From: an uncultured Bacteroidales bacterium
GTDB taxonomy: Bacteria; Bacteroidota; Bacteroidia; Bacteroidales; Muribaculaceae
Length of the DNA stretch: 64,000 bases
Direction of reading: 5' to 3'
Assembly (NCBI GenBank): GCA_945865235.1
Contig: CAMBDJ010000005.1
Span: 13,864 to 77,863 of the forward strand
Position 1 is the first letter of the stretch. The number at the start of each line of letters is the position of its first letter. A model generated the notes under the pieces. The model was not told where the DNA came from, ran no database searches, and saw only the letters and a list, made by a program, of their open reading frames with translations. Both the position numbers and the translations under genes were made by a program. This document shows, one piece after another, positions 19,205 to 25,691 of this stretch.

Positions 19205-21547
19205 ATGAAAAAGAGCAGAACAATCATATTACTGATGGCCGCGGGCATCCTGGCAGCGTCGGCCGCATCGCAGAAACATGCGGTGGTTGACGATGACCAG
19301 CCGGTGCTTGCCGCCGGCTCAACTGACCTGAAGGACAGAGGCACAGACCTGCCCAAGAGCCCGACGCGCCAATATCTGCCCAGGGAGGTGCGCGACACTG
19401 CCGGGCTTAACAACAGCAATGCCGGGCGGCGCAATTACGAAAGCGAGATTCACTTGCTCGCACGCACTTACGGTGACAGCATTGTCCTAAGATGGGCTCC
19501 CGAAGACTATGTAAGCTGGCAGTATCTCAACGCCGTCGGCGTCAATATCTATCGAATGCCTGTATCAGACGGCAGAAATGCCGAGTTCCGCGTCGATACG
19601 CTTGCCTTCAAACTGAAACCGGCCTCGTTGGAACGGTGGCAGGCTCTGTACCCCGAAACTGACTCGGTGGCAATGGTTGGCATGGGCACGCTCTATAGCC
19701 AAGGCGGCTTCACTCAGGAGCAATCGAAACATCCCACCGGTGATATGGGCGCTTTGCTCGACGTGTACGACGACCAGCAGTTCCGTTTCGGCATGGCAGT
19801 ACTGGCAAGCGAGTGGCGCAAAGATGTAGCCGAGAATCTGGCCATGCGCTTCGTCGACAAGAATGTCAAGAAAGGCCGGAAATATCGCTACATCGTGCGC
19901 CCGGCCGAAATGGATACAACAGGCAACCTGCAATTCCGCGTAGGATTTATCGACGAAATCGAAAATACGAATTATGTGCCCGAGCCCTACCGGGCAGTGA
20001 TGGGCGACTCGGTTGTCGGCATCGACCAGCTACGCCTCTGGTGGGAACCTACCGACCGCTTCTCGTCCTATGACATACATCGCCGTGCAATGGGCGAGCA
20101 GCAGTGGACAAAGGTCAACGACAATCCATATGTCATGATGCGCGATTTCGGCGATAAGGATATTGACAACTTTATCAATGACAACGTGCGCCCCGGCACT
20201 TACGAATACCGAATATCGGGATACGATGCTTTCGGCGACCTGGTAACGGCACAGAACTACCATGTGGCCACCATGCCCGACATGGAAGCTCCCCGGCCTC
20301 CCCAGTTGAAGTTGATTGTCATCGACCGCCGCAATCCCGACGACCTGTCGAAAGACGTGTATGCCGACTTCCATTTCTCGAAAGACACTATCGAGGGCGA
20401 CTTCGTCGGATACAAGATTGTCTACTACCAGCGCCCGCGCGACGGCCGCAAGGCCCAATGGATAGAATTGACTCCCGATTATATTCCGGCGACCGATACG
20501 GTATGCACCGTCGATGTATCAAAGCTCCGCAGCGGACAGGTTGCCGTCGCCGCTTACGACTCCCTTCAGAACGTCAGCTACTCGATGACCCACATCATGC
20601 GTGTAACCGACCTGAAAGCTCCTGATGCGCCCGAAAACTTCCGTTACGAAATATTGGACAACCAGGCCGGCACCGTCAAATTGGCGTGGGACGCCCCATC
20701 GTTTGATGTAGATTATTATGAAATCGCATTTGCAAACGACACTACCCACAAGTTCATGCTGCGCCCGTTGCCCGATGGCAAGCTGCTGCGCGACACAGTC
20801 TTTGTGGACACCCTGGCCGTTGATGTCAACCAAAAATACATCTACTATAAGGTTCGTGCAATCGACTATGCTTCAAACGAAGGCGAATACACTGCTCCGC
20901 TGCAAGTTATACGCCCCAGCATGATCAAACCGGCCGTGGCTCATATCGACTCAGCGTGGGTTGACCAGAAGAAAGGCATCGCCATGCGCTGGGTTTGCAG
21001 CAACGAGCAGCAGATTTCACACCATGTGCTGATGCGCCGCCTTGCCAATGCAAAAGAGTGGATCACCATCGGCGTATACGACGGCGACTCGCTGCGCAAT
21101 GCCGGAAACATGTTGAATATAACTGATGTCCCGGACCATGTGCGCCGCAACCGGTATGAATATGCCATGGAGTCATTCTCCTACGCCGGAATTTCGAGCG
21201 GTTTAAGCCTGGTGTATTCCACTCGTTTTGAAGGCGAGCGAGTTTTCGAATGGCCCATTAAGCTGATAGGTGTTTATGATGAGAAAAACAAGAAGACAAA
21301 AATCGTGTGGGAAACCAACAAGAATCTGCCGTATAAAGGCGAATGGTACTATTGCATCTATCGCAAAGGCTCCAAGGACAAGCGTCACAAGTTTTTGACC
21401 TCGGCCAGATCAACCGACCTTACGTTCCAGGACAATCTGCTGTCGCCAGGAGAGTCGGCAGAGTACTTTGTGAGAATAAGGTTCAAAGACGGAAGAGTTA
21501 CTACCGATTCGAATATCGTAACAGTGACAGCACCGAAAGAAAAATAA
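19205..21547 (+). CDS. Secreted fibronectin type III repeat protein
   Basis: 780 aa. Signal peptide; LLARTYGDSIVLRWAP; repeated FN3-type units (APRPPQL, APDAPENF...VKLAWDAP...YYKVRAID). Confidence 0.85.
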   Translation: MKKSRTIILLMAAGILAASAASQKHAVVDDDQPVLAAGSTDLKDRGTDLPKSPTRQYLPREVRDTAGLNNSNAGRRNYESEIHLLARTYGDSIVLRWAPEDYVSWQYLNAVGVNIYRMPVSDGRNAEFRVDTLAFKLKPASLERWQALYPETDSVAMVGMGTLYSQGGFTQEQSKHPTGDMGALLDVYDDQQFRFGMAVLASEWRKDVAENLAMRFVDKNVKKGRKYRYIVRPAEMDTTGNLQFRVGFIDEIENTNYVPEPYRAVMGDSVVGIDQLRLWWEPTDRFSSYDIHRRAMGEQQWTKVNDNPYVMMRDFGDKDIDNFINDNVRPGTYEYRISGYDAFGDLVTAQNYHVATMPDMEAPRPPQLKLIVIDRRNPDDLSKDVYADFHFSKDTIEGDFVGYKIVYYQRPRDGRKAQWIELTPDYIPATDTVCTVDVSKLRSGQVAVAAYDSLQNVSYSMTHIMRVTDLKAPDAPENFRYEILDNQAGTVKLAWDAPSFDVDYYEIAFANDTTHKFMLRPLPDGKLLRDTVFVDTLAVDVNQKYIYYKVRAIDYASNEGEYTAPLQVIRPSMIKPAVAHIDSAWVDQKKGIAMRWVCSNEQQISHHVLMRRLANAKEWITIGVYDGDSLRNAGNMLNITDVPDHVRRNRYEYAMESFSYAGISSGLSLVYSTRFEGERVFEWPIKLIGVYDEKNKKTKIVWETNKNLPYKGEWYYCIYRKGSKDKRHKFLTSARSTDLTFQDNLLSPGESAEYFVRIRFKDGRVTTDSNIVTVTAPKEK

Positions 21548-21591
21548 AAAAGCTGCAAGGCGGAACACCCAATCCCGAAACAGAAAACTTT

Positions 21592-22299
21592 ATGATAAAG
21601 AGGATAATACACATATTACCATTCTCATGCATAATGCTCTTGGCTTCGCTCTTTACATCGTGCGGACTCATTGACATGGAATTTGATGAGAATGTACAAA
21701 TCGATTATGACATGCAGCTTGACCGTGATACGGTATATGTGACTGTAGGTGACTCTTTTGTCTTGCACCCGGTGTTTAGTACCGATTCCGTAATCAACCG
21801 GGAAGTGTTTTTCGCTTCGGCTCACGAAGATATTGCGTATATACATAATGACACTATTAAAGCCGCAGGTGAAGGAGAAACTGTGATCAGCGCTACTTCT
21901 GTAATGAATGAAAAGACAGCTTCTTGCCGGGTCTTCGTGTTGCCGCCCTGGGAAATAGACATCTATAAATATTCATACGATATGGTAGTCTATGCCACGG
22001 CCGCGGTCAATGGAGTGCCCTTGAACCCCGAGACCCAGACAATAGCGGCATTCGTTGGCAACGAATTACGTGGCATCGGAGAACCTATGGAATTAAAGGA
22101 CTCTAAGACAATAGTGCGAATACGCATCTACGGTTATTACGAATGGGACGACGGCGAGCCGACTGCCCCCGAGTTAGTGCGTTTTGTATGCTACGACCGA
22201 GAGGAAATGATGTTGAAATATTTATCCCTATATATTGATTTCGATGGAGAAACTCACGGCACCCCCTCGGCACCGTTAGAGTTAACTACCGATTATTAA
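21592..22299 (+). CDS. Lipoprotein with Big_2 Ig-like domain and C-terminal AFVGxExRG domain
   Basis: The ATG at 21592 gives MIKRII...LFTS/CGLIDMEFDE (lipobox followed by acidic residues). The ORF-track start at 21343 overlaps the previous gene and is unlikely. Confidence 0.8.
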   Translation: MIKRIIHILPFSCIMLLASLFTSCGLIDMEFDENVQIDYDMQLDRDTVYVTVGDSFVLHPVFSTDSVINREVFFASAHEDIAYIHNDTIKAAGEGETVISATSVMNEKTASCRVFVLPPWEIDIYKYSYDMVVYATAAVNGVPLNPETQTIAAFVGNELRGIGEPMELKDSKTIVRIRIYGYYEWDDGEPTAPELVRFVCYDREEMMLKYLSLYIDFDGETHGTPSAPLELTTDY

Positions 22300-22342
22300 C
22301 AAGTCTTTAACCTCAAACCTATAACATTTCAATAAATCAGAT

Positions 22343-24673
22343 ATGAAAAAATCATTTCTATATACTCTTTACTTATTAATATTGACGATGACCTCCTGCA
22401 CCCTGAGCATGGAGGAATTCGTTCTCACCGAAGACCAAAGAGGCAAGGATGAACCATATACTGAAGTCAATGAGTATGGCGAGTTTACGTATCAATATAA
22501 CGACAATGTAACATCACTTAACGGCGAGCCTCAGGATTACATCGCCATGATGAACGATTCTGTCATCTGGTTTATGGACAATATGCCGGAAAAGTGGATT
22601 CCTAAGGTAGACCATTATATAGCTGCGAACTGCTCGAAGACGGTGCCTTTGGGACTGTGTGCCAAAGTAATCTCGGTTTCGCGCGAAGGCGGGATGATTC
22701 GCGTCGAGCATAAGCCTGCCGAAGAGAACGAAGTGTTCAAACAACTGAAAATGCGAGTCGACCTGGAATATGTCATGCCCGAACTGGGTGATTTTGAGGA
22801 CGACAGTATTGCGACGCAGTCCCGTAGCACATCTTCGATAGGTCGACCCGGATTTTGGCGCAGCGACTCGGAATTTGTGGATATGTCGCTGTTTGAACGT
22901 CGTTCCCGCAGCGACGATCAGAAAAACGAAGAGAAAAGAGATACGACCAGGTTCACTTTCAGCAAGACCTTTGATACTCCAAAAGGACCTCTATTTGTTA
23001 ATCTTGAGTATAAATCGACTGACGTGGTAAATGTGCATGCATATAGAGATTTGGAAGACGAATATGAGGAGCAATGGAATGACCAATATACCGAACGCGA
23101 CATAGATGTACTCGTAGGGTATGGCAAAGATAAAGCCTCGACAACCAAAAACTACTCAGGCTGGCCAGTGAATCTTTTGGACATCAAGGGTATGAAGGAA
23201 GACTTGGAAAAGTTAAAAACTGGGGTGATAAATAGGAAAAAGGTAGGGGAAAAAAATATTACACTCCCTATCCCCGGTACTGCCTTTTCTATAAAGTTCC
23301 GTGCTGTTGCCGATGCCGGGTACACTGTCATGGGATATGGAATGGTTAAGATGAGGTATCGTTCGGAGACCCATCGTACCGGATATATTTTTTCAAAAGG
23401 AAACAAAAAGGAAATAGACGAAGATGTGGCCAATCCCGTAAACCCACCGTATTTTGGGTTTCCCACGATCCAATTCGGCGGTTCCATTGACTTTTGGCTA
23501 CGCCTTAGAGCCGGCGCAGGTCTCGTTTTTGGAAATGCCGCCGCCGGAGTCGGTGCTGTCGTAGGATTGGAAATTAAAGGGGGATTAAAGGCTTCGCTCG
23601 AAACAGAATCGGTGACCGATAGACTATTTAGGGATGATCAAAACTTTAAGGCCGGATTTTATGGCACAATCGGTGGCTTTGGCGAAGGCGTAATGAATCT
23701 TGGCCCCTTTACATATAGCTTGGGCGATTTCACTTTTATGACTACAGAAATACCTGCGTTAACTCATATGCCTAATCTGAAGGCCGAAGTAGATCCGCAT
23801 AAGACCAAAACAAAACTGATTGTAAAGGAAAATGAAGAAGTTCAGTTTGATGAAGACGGATATCCACTCATAGATCCTGTTACCGGCGATTATATTACCG
23901 AAAAACATGACGAAGTGACTATAAATACAGAATTGAATTTCAAAAAACTTGAAACTTTCTTCCTCTTTGCGACGTCCACAAAATCGGACCAACGGCCGGC
24001 CCTGCGCATCTACGAATCAACCAGAAACGACCATACGAGAAAAGTTGCGGAGGTGATAGGTTATGAAGTACTGGAGAAGGGAAAAACTTACGAATTCAAT
24101 GTCAATCCCAAAGATTACGGCTTGAGCGAAACGAGCGGAGAGTATAAAGTCGTTCCATGCATCTATGACATATCGTCAGAAACAATTACCGAATATCAAA
24201 ATGATGCAAAGATTGCCAGTTCCAATAATCCCAGAGCAAATCAACCGAAGTGTTACCAAACGTTTGGGCGCGAAATAGATCCATATGATTTCACCTATGA
24301 AGACAGGTATGGTGAAGGATGTTTCGATGGAAAGAACATTGAAGACATTACAGAATATGAAATAGAAACGGTTGTCGAACTAAAGAACGCTTCCCGCATC
24401 ACGGAATGGGGTTTCATATATTATTTGATCGACCCTCATGCAAAGGAAATTAAGGATCAAAGAAAGGAAATCTCTATGCCCTTCAAAGGCGTATGTAAAT
24501 CCGGGAAATATACACATAAAATTTCGTTCCTATCGGAATACAGAGCCGAGAAACCCGGTTCCGGAATAGGAGCTCCTTCTGTGTCCGTTGTGGTTTATTA
24601 TAAATATGACGGCAAAACACATTTTAGCGATTTGTCTAAAAATGTAACTTTACAATTTCCTTATGAACGGTAA
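22343..24673 (+). CDS. Large lipoprotein of unknown function
   Basis: 776 aa. Lipobox LTMTS/C followed by acidic TLSMEEF; N-domain PLGLCAKVISVSREGG resembles Bacteroidales surface lipoproteins; Gly-rich beta segment in the middle. Confidence 0.8.
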   Translation: MKKSFLYTLYLLILTMTSCTLSMEEFVLTEDQRGKDEPYTEVNEYGEFTYQYNDNVTSLNGEPQDYIAMMNDSVIWFMDNMPEKWIPKVDHYIAANCSKTVPLGLCAKVISVSREGGMIRVEHKPAEENEVFKQLKMRVDLEYVMPELGDFEDDSIATQSRSTSSIGRPGFWRSDSEFVDMSLFERRSRSDDQKNEEKRDTTRFTFSKTFDTPKGPLFVNLEYKSTDVVNVHAYRDLEDEYEEQWNDQYTERDIDVLVGYGKDKASTTKNYSGWPVNLLDIKGMKEDLEKLKTGVINRKKVGEKNITLPIPGTAFSIKFRAVADAGYTVMGYGMVKMRYRSETHRTGYIFSKGNKKEIDEDVANPVNPPYFGFPTIQFGGSIDFWLRLRAGAGLVFGNAAAGVGAVVGLEIKGGLKASLETESVTDRLFRDDQNFKAGFYGTIGGFGEGVMNLGPFTYSLGDFTFMTTEIPALTHMPNLKAEVDPHKTKTKLIVKENEEVQFDEDGYPLIDPVTGDYITEKHDEVTINTELNFKKLETFFLFATSTKSDQRPALRIYESTRNDHTRKVAEVIGYEVLEKGKTYEFNVNPKDYGLSETSGEYKVVPCIYDISSETITEYQNDAKIASSNNPRANQPKCYQTFGREIDPYDFTYEDRYGEGCFDGKNIEDITEYEIETVVELKNASRITEWGFIYYLIDPHAKEIKDQRKEISMPFKGVCKSGKYTHKISFLSEYRAEKPGSGIGAPSVSVVVYYKYDGKTHFSDLSKNVTLQFPYER

Positions 24674-25070
24674 GCCGTGCTTTATATTTATCGTATTCAT
24701 GGCGATGTTCTGCAGGGTCTATGCTCTTGACTTAGACTCTGCAGGCTCGTCGCCCAAAATCGAATTTGACAGTCGCGAATTCGATTTGGGCGAGGTGTCG
24801 CAGTCGACTGACTCAATCAAATCATGCGACTTTGAGTTCGTCAACTCCGGGACTTCCGATCTGGTAATCATAAATGTGGCCACCGGCTGCGGCTGTACCC
24901 GGGCCTCGTATGCAAAAGAGCCGATAGCGCCTCAGTCAAAGGGTAGTGTAAAAGTGACGTACAATGCTTCCCGTCAACGAAAAGGGCCGTTCAGAAAATC
25001 GATAACCGTATTTTCGAACGACCCAAGAAGATATGTAAGGTTTTTTATTTTCGGGACTGTGGTAGATTAA
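24663..25070 (+). CDS. DUF1573 domain protein
   Basis: EFDLGEV...FEFVNSGTSDLVIINVATGCGCT...PIAP...KSITVFSN; overlaps the previous gene by 11 nt. Confidence 0.9.
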   Translation: MNGKPCFIFIVFMAMFCRVYALDLDSAGSSPKIEFDSREFDLGEVSQSTDSIKSCDFEFVNSGTSDLVIINVATGCGCTRASYAKEPIAPQSKGSVKVTYNASRQRKGPFRKSITVFSNDPRRYVRFFIFGTVVD

Positions 25071-25076
25071 CCTTTA

Positions 25077-25108
25077 GACCCCGTTCCCCAATATTTGTTA
25101 ACGGGGTC
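25077..25108. mobile_element. 32-bp collapsed derivative of the 59652-59878 MITE, flanked by TTA on both sides; also forms a hairpin between convergent genes
   Basis: TTA-GACCCCGTTCCCCAATATTTGTTAACGGGGTC-TTA. The first 27 bases are identical to the MITE right terminal repeat (read inward). Confidence 0.7.
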
Positions 25109-25687
25109 TTATAGAACCGGCTCTAAATCGATGCAGAAGACACGGATTGGACCGGGAATTTGAGACACTACAGGCATCAGGCCGGGAGCTGGTGATGTCT
25201 GCGTGGAGTTGCCGGGGTGTAACGGATTGTTAGTGCCGGGAAATTGTGCCGGGAAATTGTGCCGGGAGGTAACGGGTTGTAATTGGGGATGAGCGATGAC
25301 TTGCGCGGCATAGAAATGTCCGGAGATGAAGTTGGCAAGATATTTCGCCGGAATGAGGATTTGAGGCTGAAGAAGCCCTTTCTTTTGGAAAAAGACCGGG
25401 GCGTGCTCCATTAAGTAGTCCACGGGCTGGCCCTCAACGAGTTCTACAACGCGGAAATCGTAGGTGTATGTGGCGGTCGGAGCATCTGCTACGACGGGTG
25501 GCGTCCACTGGAAGATTGGAGTTTGAGCCGACAATGTGTAAATGTCATAACCGTCGATATTTTCGTCGGAGCTTTGCTGAATGGGGTTAACCCAGATTGG
25601 GGCCTGAATATTGACCTCTTGAGCGTTAGCTATGGCAAGCACGGCGAACACCAATGTTATAGCCGTGAAAATTCTTGGTGTTTTCAT
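25109..25687 (-). CDS. Small secreted protein paralogous to the FN3-like domain following TANFOR in the giant protein
   Basis: Signal peptide ANA/QE. FQWTPPVVADAPTATYTYDFRVVELVEGQ aligns by eye with FTWTTPVTNCGVSTTYTYDITIVELLPGQ of ORF 11834. Confidence 0.8.
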   Translation of the reverse strand: MKTPRIFTAITLVFAVLAIANAQEVNIQAPIWVNPIQQSSDENIDGYDIYTLSAQTPIFQWTPPVVADAPTATYTYDFRVVELVEGQPVDYLMEHAPVFFQKKGLLQPQILIPAKYLANFISGHFYAAQVIAHPQLQPVTSRHNFPAQFPGTNNPLHPGNSTQTSPAPGLMPVVSQIPGPIRVFCIDLEPVL

Positions 25688-25691
25688 GGTT

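Noticed and set aside
17500-21547. Calling the giant protein a polymorphic toxin
   Set aside because: No toxin catalytic motif is recognisable at the C-terminus, and the next gene is a 780-aa FN3 protein, not a small immunity gene.
21343-21591. ORF-track N-terminal extension of the Big_2 lipoprotein
   Set aside because: It overlaps the FN3 gene by 205 nt, and the ATG at 21592 gives a proper lipoprotein signal.
2642-25070. Polysaccharide utilisation locus, type V pilus or diversity-generating retroelement
   Set aside because: No SusC/SusD pair, no glycoside hydrolase motif, no Mfa/Fim-type signatures recognised, and no reverse transcriptase or template/variable repeat pair seen.
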